Part shown: positions 41,901 through 52,632 of the stretch, piece after piece
Layout of the letters: every line of letters begins with the position of its first letter
Position numbering within the stretch: the stretch's first letter is position 1
Origin: Nemertoderma westbladi
Lineage: Eukaryota; Animalia; Xenacoelomorpha
NCBI GenBank assembly: GCA_032718475.1
Contig: JAUCBJ010006713.1
Coordinates: 36,899-100,898, forward strand
Reading direction: 5' to 3'
Length of the DNA: 64,000 bases
The notes under the pieces: model-generated
Told to the model about the DNA's origin: nothing
The model's input: the letters and a program-made list of their open reading frames with translations, nothing else
Databases searched by the model: none
Position numbers and translations under genes: made by a program

Positions 41901-44256
41901 ATAAATTTCTCGGATTATGATCAGTTCTATGTGGAATATCATTATCAACAGGTCTATAATTACCCTTAATAGGGTTCACTATAGGAGTTTCTACTTCGCT
42001 AGCAGTATATATGCGTGTAGGCTCCACACCTTGCGCATGCGATACTTCAGACCTAACAGGTTGACACATTGTTACAGAGGGTGGTGGTATACCCTTTTGA
42101 GTATTTACTAATTTATCGCGTTCTAGCGCGATACTTTGCTGCACTTCTTGCAACTCTAGCCTACTTTCCCTTACTGTGCCCTTGAATTGCTGGACAGTCT
42201 CCTGCATCTGCCCGAGCAGGATATCCATCCCCCGCCGTCTCTCGTCCACCCATTCGACCGCCGAAGCGGGAGTCGCCAACGTTGTAGCGGGCGGACGAGG
42301 GACAATGGGCGACAAATTATGAATATTTCGCTCGGGGTCCAGGACCTGAACTGTCTCCGGGGCAGTTCTACGGGGCACAGGTAGCTTAGTGCTATGCAGA
42401 GGGAATTTAGAGGTAACTTCAGGGAGTACAGGTGTGTCTATCACCGAAGGGGTGATTTCGAGAACAGGCCTAATTATTTCAGGCTCATCTACTATAGTAG
42501 GGAGTCTTTCTATTTTAATTATTTGGTCTGTGGGTTCTGTACTACCTAAGTTGGTGTTATTTAGTTGCCTTCTAACAGCTGGAGGCAAGTCAGGCAATTT
42601 CTGACGGTGGAATGTTCTTTTACGTCTACTTAGACGAGATCTATTTCCCTTGCCTTCAGTATCGGTGGTATCGCCTTCCTCAGATGATGTATATCCCTGT
42701 CTTTTGGGAGTAGATCGATTCATCATCTGCATATTACTAGCTGTTAACTGTTTATTTATGCAGTCTTGATTCTCCTGAATGTTTTCCAATTCTAATTGGG
42801 TGGTTTCTTCAGTCGCTCTCCGTTCGGCTTCTGCCACTGCCTCTGCGGCCTTTCTCTCAGCCTCGGCCGCCTTTGCTTCTGCCGCTGCCGCTGCCGCTGC
42901 CGCTGCCGCTGCTGCTGCCGCTGCCGCTGCCGCTGCCGCTGCCGCTGCCGCTTTTGCCTCTGCCGCTGCCGCTGCCGCTGCCGCTTTTGCCTCTGCCGCT
43001 GCCGCTGCCGCTTTTGCCTCTGCTGCTGCCTCTGCCGCTGCCGCTTTTCTTTCTACTTCTGCAGCTACCACTGCTGCTTTCTTTCTGTCTTCTATACGTT
43101 TTTTCTTTACTTGTTCTTCTTGGGCTCGTGTGATGCGGAGTTGTTCATCAAATTCAGCCTGGTTCGCAGCCCTCATTTCCACATCGATGGCATCCAACAC
43201 AAGCTTGGTTCCTTCACTATTAGGGCTAAGTCCCTCTAACCTTCTCCTCAACTCGTCATCACCTAAAAAACGTTGATAGTCTGACAGATAGATGTCAATG
43301 GCATCCCTCTTATGCGGCTTCTCTGCCATCGCTTCACTTTCCACTTGGGAAAAAGTAGCGTCTGTTGATTCTCCATGGGTTGAGCGCTCCTCTAGCTGAG
43401 CTTTCCACTGAGCTGTTCCTTGAACCTGGAGACTCACCCTTTGAAACCAAGTCTTTACGGCAACTTGCAACGACGTGTCTTGCCTTCGTTTAGAAGCCTC
43501 CTCAAAGGCCGATAATATTAGCCTGATTCGTAGAATTCTTTCTCTCACTTGATAAAGCAGTTGTCCCTGCTCTTGAGGTCCTTGTGGTTGTTGAAACAGT
43601 TGTCCTTTTACTCGCTCCATAGAGCTGAAGAATCCCTGTGCGTATCCGGCTGCGGACCTCTTCCACACAGCGGGATCTATGGTTTCTTTGGCTACTCCCA
43701 TCTGGTGTATGTCTTCCCAGGCAGCTTCTGATAAATCAAACGGGAGTCCGGGTCCGGGGAAGTTCCATTGCGACTCGACCATGGACTTCAGTTCTTCCCT
43801 TGTGTATCCAGCATAACTATCTCTAGTTGAACGCTGGCTTCTCGCCCAATCGATCTGGTGTTCTTCCACAGCGATCAATAACCTGGTGAGTACGGCTGCA
43901 GGAAGGATGAGAAGGGGATCCGTATAAACCGCATCCGTCATCTTTGCTCCGCGCTCGGGTGTCAGCTCTACAGTATCTTCACTACTGGAGCTGTTGGGCC
44001 GTTGAGAAGTAAGTTCTTGGCTCGCGGGTTGTTGCTGTTCTGCTGCTTCTTGGTCCCGCTTGACCTGAGCTCGAGTGCCTATGATAGACCTACGATGTTG
44101 GACCAGCCTAGGTTCGGTTATTACTACAGGAGGGATGACCTTCCTCACAGTGGGAGGTGAACTGAACTTACGACTAGACGGTTCTACGCCTCTATCTGAG
44201 TCGCAGATAGTTACATCTAATAAACTGTCTGACAGGTTCTGCTTAGTATCAGACAT
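38980..44256 (-). CDS. Gag-protease-RT N-terminal part of the polyprotein (1758 aa), separated from the rest by a 1-nt frameshift
   Basis: DUF1759-like FNGDEMKW...EKLRYL, three Cys/His knuckles (CALCDGTH, CYNCLRQGH, CAKCGAKHH), LLDSGS protease, RVVFDGS, GPNLL, SDIEGMFLQV. Confidence 0.95.
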   Translation of the reverse strand: MSDTKQNLSDSLLDVTICDSDRGVEPSSRKFSSPPTVRKVIPPVVITEPRLVQHRRSIIGTRAQVKRDQEAAEQQQPASQELTSQRPNSSSSEDTVELTPERGAKMTDAVYTDPLLILPAAVLTRLLIAVEEHQIDWARSQRSTRDSYAGYTREELKSMVESQWNFPGPGLPFDLSEAAWEDIHQMGVAKETIDPAVWKRSAAGYAQGFFSSMERVKGQLFQQPQGPQEQGQLLYQVRERILRIRLILSAFEEASKRRQDTSLQVAVKTWFQRVSLQVQGTAQWKAQLEERSTHGESTDATFSQVESEAMAEKPHKRDAIDIYLSDYQRFLGDDELRRRLEGLSPNSEGTKLVLDAIDVEMRAANQAEFDEQLRITRAQEEQVKKKRIEDRKKAAVVAAEVERKAAAAEAAAEAKAAAAAAEAKAAAAAAAAEAKAAAAAAAAAAAAAAAAAAAAAAAAEAKAAEAERKAAEAVAEAERRATEETTQLELENIQENQDCINKQLTASNMQMMNRSTPKRQGYTSSEEGDTTDTEGKGNRSRLSRRKRTFHRQKLPDLPPAVRRQLNNTNLGSTEPTDQIIKIERLPTIVDEPEIIRPVLEITPSVIDTPVLPEVTSKFPLHSTKLPVPRRTAPETVQVLDPERNIHNLSPIVPRPPATTLATPASAVEWVDERRRGMDILLGQMQETVQQFKGTVRESRLELQEVQQSIALERDKLVNTQKGIPPPSVTMCQPVRSEVSHAQGVEPTRIYTASEVETPIVNPIKGNYRPVDNDIPHRTDHNPRNLYTDNSILNNTMAQESFTRQMARTEARQAVKVGEIVKFNGDEMKWLPFNEYYKDNIQNSVLSNGEKLRYLIECLEGSPKLMALKFIGHPDGLRQVWDTLNIRYGNRNNIAGYLYAKLVAPRKFISSGIIEFSDEIQEICRQLDWLGKSHEYQNTMVIRAVASTLPKGGVGTRWDKKVLYMMEQQRRDPTMADLMSFLDGEVKLQLLKLSREKTPENKVSEKPVSRRKVTPVCYTDDGESQTSQGEDSGKDTERSYYVNKMPKDQVSKFKSRANDRREPIRKTPPTSPKRIPVRKPEEKASVHNVTQNKVSNIKPKCALCDGTHRLNMCDEFLKKSLSERREVMWDKRLCYNCLRQGHQRRTCFSDIRCAKCGAKHHILLHAEFERNSPNQVSDSELHVQFSDVNDTDQSEMEGFYTDEFSDENESCYMINTAVYRALTYEKDTDSDFTLTTSERQPSWKEPSSNVGIREFPVVQVRVHGPKRSYVVNALLDSGSTGTFIDKELAEDIFSGQPKFRTKLNMSGIMQVWKSTVTADYYVGALSTPQDELGEHSIRSVKMVAIKNFATTQADLYNWDEDESIQHLKIPRFQTDYPGVQILIGQNAHEALETLEKRPAQPQPLQTYAVRTRVGWYFTGPSRRTLRERLPQENVCQVSEWEDDTSEGDDSTEGIPYSSDNDDIHQLFDEENTIDLLKENEAWQNQVNLCQLLYPSEREAYNDELNDVIERHNAKTRDEHAVRFFTQEAVEPNSYDKALSVEEERAKQIQETTTRFLKDQGRYEVGLPFRKKEPKFINNRPLAEKRIAQLHRRLTANSSAKAMYQTQLEKFISKGYAERVPEETPVTERTYYLTHHYVPKPGKPHEVRVVFDGSALYMGQSLNSELLPGPNLLQSLLGILLRLRQYSIAFASDIEGMFLQVKVLDRDRDSLRFLWWPEGDLNQKPVEYWMTIQAFGIISSPSNACSVVRTTAEDNREAIL
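42836..43075 (-). repeat. In-frame (GCGGCA)n expansion encoding a poly-alanine/AEAK tract in Gag
   Basis: Plus-strand GCTGCC hexamer array; the frame is preserved. Confidence 0.9.
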
Positions 44257-45569
44257 GTTTATGTATACAGTTGAATGTCTACTGCTGTATTACAGTCTGA
44301 GCAAGTCTAGTAATTCAGTATTAACTGCTAGCCTAGTAATTAATTACCGGTACTGCTACTCAGTGCAGCGTGATATATATAATATATTAGAATACCGGTA
44401 TGCTTATAGTATATATAACTATTATTACAGACTAGGTTTATCAACGAATACCGGTATAATTTTAGCACAAATATATATAAATATATAATAGGCCTATCGG
44501 GAATACCGGTATACAGCTGACAGTTTGTAGTGTATATATAAGTATAATTATTAACTGAATTAATTACAGAATACCGGTATGATTTCAGCACAAATATAAA
44601 TATTATAATAGGCCTATCGTAAATACCGGTATATCAATTATTTTAGAATAATTGAATTTCTGAACTTTAGGGTTACTTGGTTACTTTAACTTACTTTATT
44701 ACCGTTATTTAAGCAGTAGTCCAACTGATATTGAGACCTAATTGTTATATGGTAGGCCTACTATTTATAAATCGTTAGATTTGATTTATAATATATATAT
44801 ACCCGTTTTAATGGGTTTAGTCAATGTTTGAAATAAATGTTATTATTTCTGGGGTTAATCACTACACAAAGCGGTACGCTTTCAGTGAAGTGTTACGTAC
44901 AGGACACTAAAACAAATGATTCTAATTTACCTAAGTTACTTAATACTACAAATTACGTACAATTCGGGTGAGATTACAATCTCTAAATAAACACAAAAAT
45001 TTACAAAACACAAAATACGAATTTTCAGGGTAATTTTACAAGAAGTCTACAAACCAGTCTAACAAAGGGTTAGTATCTGGTTATTACAACGGACAGGGTA
45101 CTGCGGTATTTGAAAATAATACGTAGTAGTAAATACACTGCGTTGTCCAGATAGGAAAATACCACCGCCTGACGACCTATAGCCGTATCGCTACAGGTAC
45201 TACGTTATGTATCACGGAGTGTTCCTACCTAGAAGTTAATAGAGCTAATCGAACGTGCCTATCAACCACTTTACAACACAAATATAATGCCTACTAATTA
45301 CTTTCGGAAAGCACTGTACACTAAACCCTAAATTAGGTACGAGTACTTGTATAACATATAATCTGTAGTTAAATATACTTGAACAGCTAAAAGAACCACG
45401 GCATCTGCTGGAGTGACCGATGCACAAAATCACCAGTCTTTACCTACGCCAAGCAGCCCGTGTAGTACCGGGGTTAATTTAACTATAGCGGTATGTATAA
45501 CAAACACAATTACTGTAGGAACAAACTTGGGGAATGAATGTTGCGAATAATCGCATAAACTCTGAATAA

Positions 45570-46140
45570 TAAATATTACGCTACGCGTACAAACCACTCA
45601 AACAAAATGCCGACCAAACGCTGACAGACTACTATCAAGCCTAAATAAACTACAGGACATGCAGACTCCAAAATGATTAGGTAGTATGCGTTCTAACCCA
45701 GTAGTACGACTTATTCTTTAGTTGGGGGTTTACCTTACAGCATTCGCTGCCCCTACTTCCTAACCATTCTTTATCGGACAAGTGATCTACACACGCTGCA
45801 ATCCGTTCAGACCTAATAACAGCCAGACAACTATCCAGCCTACAAATTATCTAAATAAATATTATACGCTACCCGTACAGACTTACACAAACAAAGTACA
45901 GACTCAACGATGGCAGACTACTCTCAAGCCTAAATAAACTACAGGACATGCAGACTCCGAAATGATTAGGTAGTATGCGTTCTAACCCAGTAGTACGACT
46001 TATTCTTTAGTTGGGGGTTTACCTTACAGCATTCGCTGCCCCTACTTCCTAACCGTTCTTTATCGGACAGGTGATCTACACACACTGCAATCCGTTCGGA
46101 CTTAACAGCAATCAGACAACAGCTCAGCCTACAAATTGTC
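45570..46140. repeat. 289-bp tandem duplication in the retrotransposon 5' leader
   Basis: CAGACTACT(A/C)TCAAGCCTAAATAAACTACAGG at 45625 and 45914. Confidence 0.85.
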
Positions 46141-46507
46141 TGTACAATCTGATCAGGCTTACACGCCTTCTGTTCAATACTGGCCTACAAATAAATAAAA
46201 CTTGACAGAAATAAGTAAACCATATAAAGGAATAAGGGGTGATCAATCCCTAATCCCTTAAACAGCCTACCGGCATGCAACAATCAAATCGAATAATACT
46301 AGTGTACTTATACGGAAGTACCGGTTAGGACAGTTAGGCCTACGGACCTACAGAAGTACCGGTTCTGGCAGTTGGGCCTACTGACCTACGGCAGTACCGG
46401 TTCTGGCGGTTGGGCCTACTGACCTACTGAAGTACCGTTCAGGTTTACCGGTTGACCGGTACTTTCAACTTTATTGCTTACTGCAATAAAGAAGCGATAT
46501 CCGTTAT

Positions 46508-47674
46508 TGTTCGCGCTTTCAGACCTTTGGCAGTTTAACCCGCCAAATTATGATGTCTTCTAGATAATAAATCACTTTTAGTCTATGACAAGTATTTAAT
46601 TCACTACACTAGTCGAAACCAATCTGTGCGCGATCATTCACCCGCTGGATATACCCGGGAGATTGGGTTCGACGGCTTAATTTTATTGCTATGTAAGCCT
46701 AATGTATTATTCGACTGACAGTATTATATAATCTCTGACAATATTATTCACCTTCGGGAAATATTAACAGTTCCTTTAGGACGTGGTGCTCTATCTATAC
46801 AAACAGAGTTATGACTTAAACTACTCACAACGATATGGCTTAGTTATAATTCACATATATGGCGCATTCTTTAGGAAATGCTTCGTTATCAGTCTCACTC
46901 ATACACAATGCTGCACATTACTGCACACTGATCTGCCGATCTTCACTGATTTTAGTTATATATAAAATGAACACGGACAGACTCATGTAGGTTCTATCAA
47001 ATAACATTAGATTCACTTCAAACCACTTTAACATAAGTCACAATCGTTATATGTAACCTTTCTCTCTTACCTTCGGTATATCAAGAATATTGGGTTTCGG
47101 GGTTATTTATCGTTATTCCAAATATAATAATTCATCAACCATATTATGAAGAACTGACAGTAAATAGCAGTATAACAATATAAAAGTATGCACAGTGATT
47201 CAGTGTGCGTTAAGTTCATTAGTTTGTGTTGGTTTGTTTTGTTATGATAACGGATATATGCCCTTTATAATTAAGCCTACTAGTGTTAGACTAAGAACAG
47301 AAAAGCACAAAATATTTACAAGCCGTTCTCTCCTGGCTCAGGAAAGAAAGACCAACAACACTGAAAACTGATAAGAATAACCTTATTTACAAAGGCTTCC
47401 ACCCAACACAGAGAAAGAGCATACAGATAGGAAAATTCAGTTCAGTAGATCTGTGATAGGTCGAAATCAAAATCAACTCAAATTCTATTGGCAGATACTT
47501 TCCCAAGCTGGTTGGACAATCAAACGTAGCCCAGATCCCTTCGCACAGCGAATCAGCCAATCAGCCGGTAGCTTGCGCTATTCGAGTTATAGATCCCTTT
47601 TTAGAGTATTCTAGCCACTGGGGGGAACTGGTTATCAAGGCAAACGAATCAGTTATCCCACAAAAGCTTTTACA
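46508..47674 (-). repeat. 5' LTR (1167 bp)
   Basis: Near-identical to the 3' LTR; minus-strand TATAAA at 47264-47269. Confidence 0.97.
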
Positions 47675-47689
47675 GTTGATGTTTGAGAA

Positions 47690-48415
47690 TATGGAACGAA
47701 ATGACTTTATATTAACAGTTCTCTATAGCCAATGGAACGAATATAGCCAATGGAACGAAATGACTTTATATGAACAGCTCTTTCTAGCCAATGGAACGAA
47801 AGGGCGTTATATGAACAGTTATATCCAATGGAACGAAAGTACTTTATTGTTCTCTATAGCCAATGGAACGAAAGGACTTTATATGAACAGTTCTCTATAG
47901 CCAATGGAACGAAAGGACTTTATATATTAAGAGTTCTCTATATAGCCAATGGAACGAAAGGACTTTATTGTTCTATATAGCCAATGGAACGAAAGGACCT
48001 CATATGAACAGTTATCTATAGCCAATGGAACGAAAGGACTTTACATGAACAGTTCTCTATAGCCAATGGAACGAAAGGACTTTATATATTAACAGTTCTC
48101 TATATAGCCAATGGAACGAAAGTACTTTATTGTTCTCTATAGCCAATGGAACGAAAGGACCTCATATGAACAGTTCTATATAGCCAATGGAACGGAAGGA
48201 CGTTATATGAACAGTTCTCTATAGCCAATGGAACGAAAGAACTTTATTGTTCTCTATAGCCAATGGAACGAAAGGACCTCATATGAACAGTTATCTATAG
48301 CCAATGGAACGGAAGGACTTTATATGAACAGTTCTCTATAGCCAATGGAACGAAAGGACTTTATATATTAACAGTTCTCTATATAGCCAATGGAACGAAA
48401 GGACTTTATATGAAT
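47690..48415 (+). repeat. ~34-45-bp minisatellite (TAGCCAATGGAACGAAAGGACTTTATATGAACAGTTCTCTA)
   Basis: Tandem array of variable units. Confidence 0.93.
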
Positions 48416-50329
48416 TTTCAAAATTTTTAAAATTTTCAAAATTTTGTGCTCCTTACCAATAAGTTTTAAAAGTATCATTGTATCCTGGTGATGGGTATCT
48501 GTGCAATTGTCCGTTTGTTAATATTGTTTGTATTTGTTTATTTGTGATAGTAATGCTTTATATGAACAGTTCCTTCTAGCCAATGTAACGAAAGCATGCG
48601 CCAGAGGGGCCTCGCAAGTGTGCTGGGCGGAGTGAGTGACGCCTTCAATTCGCCCTCCTCCGGTCCGGGCTCGAGCCCCAGTATGATTGGTTGTTATTTT
48701 TCGCTATGGAATGTGTTATCATAATATTATATATTTAAAACGTGGAAAGATGATACTTGGAAGATATTTTCAGAGATAGTTTTTGCTATATTTTTTATTA
48801 TCTATAACATGTTCGTTCCCCATTATTGTAAAAATGACTTCTATAGTAAACATTTTTATTCTTAAATTGTTACTTTTTCTCTCGAATATACCACAAAATC
48901 GGGAGGAAAAGTTTCATTTTTTTTCCCTAGGGAAAAAAAGTAATCAATAGGAATGCATTGATTTTACTTTTTTCCCGGCAAAAAAGTAAAGTAAAATATT
49001 TTTGGTGGAATTTCTTAAATTTTATTACATATATTGAAAGAGCATCGACGTAGAAATGGTTTGCAAGTTATTTGAGCAAAATCCATTCACATACTCAAAA
49101 GTTATTGCAACTTTAATGTCTGCAAGGCGTACTCCAAAACGGAACTGAGTATCCAATATTGGTTTATGTAGTTAAGCGACTCTCTAGTTACGTAATAAAT
49201 ATTCGAGGACACTAAATTATTGTAACATTGAGTAAGGCAACATCGAGAGTTGAAGAGTGCAATAATTGGAATAGCAGTAACTATGGAAGCAATATAGTAA
49301 AATACTGCAGTTCAATTTAATAAAAATTTGTAACACTACTGTACTGTAGTATATCGCTGTCTTATTAAAGAATTTAGCAACAAAAAAAAGTACGATTTAA
49401 GAATAAAATTACGTATTACATGTGAAAAAAACGTAGAACATTTTTCTTCAAAATTCTCTTCGACCATTTATTAACTTCGCTGACGCTCGGTAAATATAAT
49501 GCCTCGAGAATAAGGAAAAAAAAATTCTACTTTTTTTCCCATGTAATAAATAATTATTTTATTCTTTTTTGTATATTTTTCTATATATTTTAATTTGGTC
49601 TACAACAAAACCATTTGTTCTAGAACCTTTTTTATCATATCACCGTATAGATGATAGACATACGTATATCATACTACAAAACCTTTATTAACAATCAGAA
49701 CAGAAAAGTAATTCGCTCAAACTTGTGTTTCTGCTTTTCTGCGCTGGTTGAGATTCATTTCTCCGCATTAATTTATAGCAGTCAGCTTTTCTTCCACCTT
49801 TAAAACACCTCTTTGTCCACCTCCCCTCTAGCGTGACTCTCTGGTGGAACCAGACAATAAGTTGTAACTACTGACAGACACCCCTAGTGGTGAATGGGGG
49901 ATTCGTTAATGTCTCAATGCATGTTCACCACCATGTATGATCTTCCTCAGTATAAACCCTTCCACCTTCATCAACCTATAACGTCCTAATAATAAGCAAC
50001 TGTTGTGACGTCACTACATGGAATACAGTAATCCAAAGTCTATAGAGAAGGAATTAGCCCAAGTTGTTCCTGTTTTTGTGTGGAAATTACTGAGTCGGGC
50101 CTTACACCTAGAAGAGAAGATAAAAACGATCGATAATTACAACAAATGGTGCCCAGCTTAGGAATCATTTAAATCGATCATTTCATTGTTCTTTTAATGA
50201 GGTCGGGAGAATTATTCCATTTATTACTCTCGTGCATTTGTTAAATATCATTAGTTTCTACGGAATACAATTTAATTGTTGTTGCAATTGTGATATATTA
50301 TGTTTGATGATTCGGCAGTCGCTTGTTCT

Positions 50330-52632
50330 AGTTGGTCATCATTTGGTCATCAATGTAAGATCCACCTTGGGGTAGTAGTTAAATCCATGAGAGGTAGAAA
50401 ATTTCTACCACAATCTACAAGCAGCTACTGATGGAGTGGATCAGCATGCATTCTTATCTTTCCTGGGTGACTTTAATGCCAGACTCCATTGCTACTCAAC
50501 ATCACAATCGGATCTACAGTAGAAAGTGAGTGTCAACCGAAATTCAGTCCATCTTCATCTCTGGAATGGATTGTTCTGAGATGGGACCGATGGGACAGAT
50601 GGGACACAGTTTAAGATATTTTGTTCTGTAAGAAATACAGGAGCTCATTACATGACTGTAGAGGATTTACCCTTCGCCCTTCACCAGTGATCACCGCCTT
50701 TATTTTTGTCTAAGGAAATTTTCCTTGCCACGGCATGACTGGTCCTCTCTATTGCAACAGCCCAGTGTGAGATCCAGACAGTAGAGCTGAGCAACATGTA
50801 TGGTGCCTTGCCTCTGAGGCACCAGATCATTATGGTGAGGGCTATACTGCCTTCAAAGAGACAGTTAAGGCAGCAGCTGCAGAAACAGTTCCTGTATACC
50901 CTCGAAGCAGGAAAAGGGCACCCTGGATGGAACACAGAATTCGGAAGTGCCGAGAGGATCTCATTAAGGCACAGAGTCCCGACTCAAACAGACTACAGCG
51001 GCCAAGAATGCAGTTAAAGCTGCATTTAGGTCCCTGAACAGGCAGTACTCTGTTAATTTACAGGAGCTAATAAACCAACAGGTTGATGCCATCAATGATG
51101 CCGATAGCAGCAGGCAATCATCCCAGGCATGGAAATCGATCAACTTGCTTCAAAAAAAAAGCATGGTTAAGGAAGTATAGCCAGCTGATCGCCTCAATTG
51201 TTGAAATCCCAACTTTGAAAAGCTCCAACCCAAGAAGGGATCTTTTCAGGGATTCTCGAATGATGCAAAGCTATGCAATAGATCTCTATTAAATCGCATC
51301 ATGGATCCCATTGAGAGACTGCCCCGGGAAATCAGAATGGGTTCCGTAAAGGTCGTGAGACCATGGAGCCCATTGAGGCACTATCTGAGGCACTATCTGG
51401 CTCTATTATCTTTGTTGACTTCTTCAAGGCCTCCGATTCAGTCTCTCGCTCATGTATGTTCAGCATACTTTCATTATATGGGGTTCCTGATGAAATTATT
51501 GCAGCAATCAGATCAGTAAACGATGGTTCGACGACATTTGTGACTACTGTTGATGGTGATACAGATCCATTCTAAGTGTTATGGGGAGTCCTCCAGGGTG
51601 ATACACTTGCACCATTCTTGTTCATAATTGTGGTTGACTATGTTCTACGCATGTCCTTAGATCATCATAAGGATGATGAGGTGATGGTAACTCCACCTAT
51701 TGGCTCCCGAAGAGTCGAGAAATTCCTGCCACGTACTTAACTGATCTAGACTTTGCTGATGACTCAGAAGTACTCTCAGAATCACTAGAGGGAGCCCAAC
51801 GGCTCCTCAGCTCATTAGAACATGCCGCTTCTAGTGTTGGTCTTTTTATTAACTCCAAAAAGACCAACATTTTGACAGTTAACTTTGAATGTCCTCAACA
51901 AGTCTCTGAGCGGATTAATAAAATTATGGTATGCTTGAGAATGTGGACGACTTCTATTATGTTAGCTGGGATCATGGATCCGGAAGGATGGACCTTTGAA
52001 TACGTAAGGGAAAGGCATGGGCAGCCTTGAATAGGCTTTCCAGGATTTGGAAGTCACAGAGAATTAGTCGGAAACTTAAGGTCCGATTATTTAGAGCAGC
52101 AGTAGTTCCAGTACTCCTCTATGGGAGTCCATGCTGGGCTCTAACTGTTGAGGACACCAAATCTCTTGATCACACATTAACATGAATGCTACGTCGGGTT
52201 CACTGTGTCAAGTCCAATGCACACATCTCAAACCAGACACTATATAACATTGGAGGTGTCTCATTGGTTCCCCCAAGCTTGACACTAGAACAAAGCCGCT
52301 TCCGGTTTGCAGGACATTGCTTACGGTTGCGCACAATCTTGTGCTTTGGCAGCCCGTTGGAGAAGATAATCATGGTGGACAGCCATGACTTCCTTGAGAC
52401 GCCTCCTAAAGGACACTGGTATTGAAGATGTGGATAATCTCGCGATAGTCATGGGGGATAGGAAGTTGAAGCGGTGCAATTTTATCGATAAGCCGGCAAC
52501 GTTGCAGAGGAGCATGTCAAATGTGGATTGCATGATGGTGGCAAAAATATATTTGTTACGCCAGCATAGCATCTCAATGTGCCGCTTCAATGCAGCATGT
52601 CGATTATTATAGTAGTAGTAGTAGTAGTAGTA
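50330..52632 (+). mobile_element. Decayed RTE-like LINE with (TAG)n tail
   Basis: LGDFNAR, FVDFFKA, GVLQGDTLAPFLF, DLDFADD, RFAGHC remnants; TAG repeats at 52610-52632; same family as 62584-63958. Confidence 0.88.

Larger units (their letters stand above)
30096..47674 (-). mobile_element. Full-length young Bel/Pao LTR retrotransposon (17,579 bp) with a 3' accessory region
   Basis: LTRs 30096-31261 and 46508-47674 (TG...CA; about 5 substitutions and 1 indel seen by eye); 5-bp TSD GTTGA; GGGAGCGG PPT-like tract next to the 3' LTR; Gag-PR-RT-RH-IN order. Confidence 0.97.

Noticed and set aside
42779-43276. Plus-strand poly-Ala, CR- and LP-repeat ORFs
   Set aside because: Antisense shadows of the Gag hexamer repeat.
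47690-48415. CRISPR-like array next to the LTR
   Set aside because: The intervals are variants of one unit; an ordinary minisatellite.
48600-48690. GC-rich patch with a B-box-like GGCTCGAGCCC
   Set aside because: No convincing A box or second copy in the window; too weak to call.
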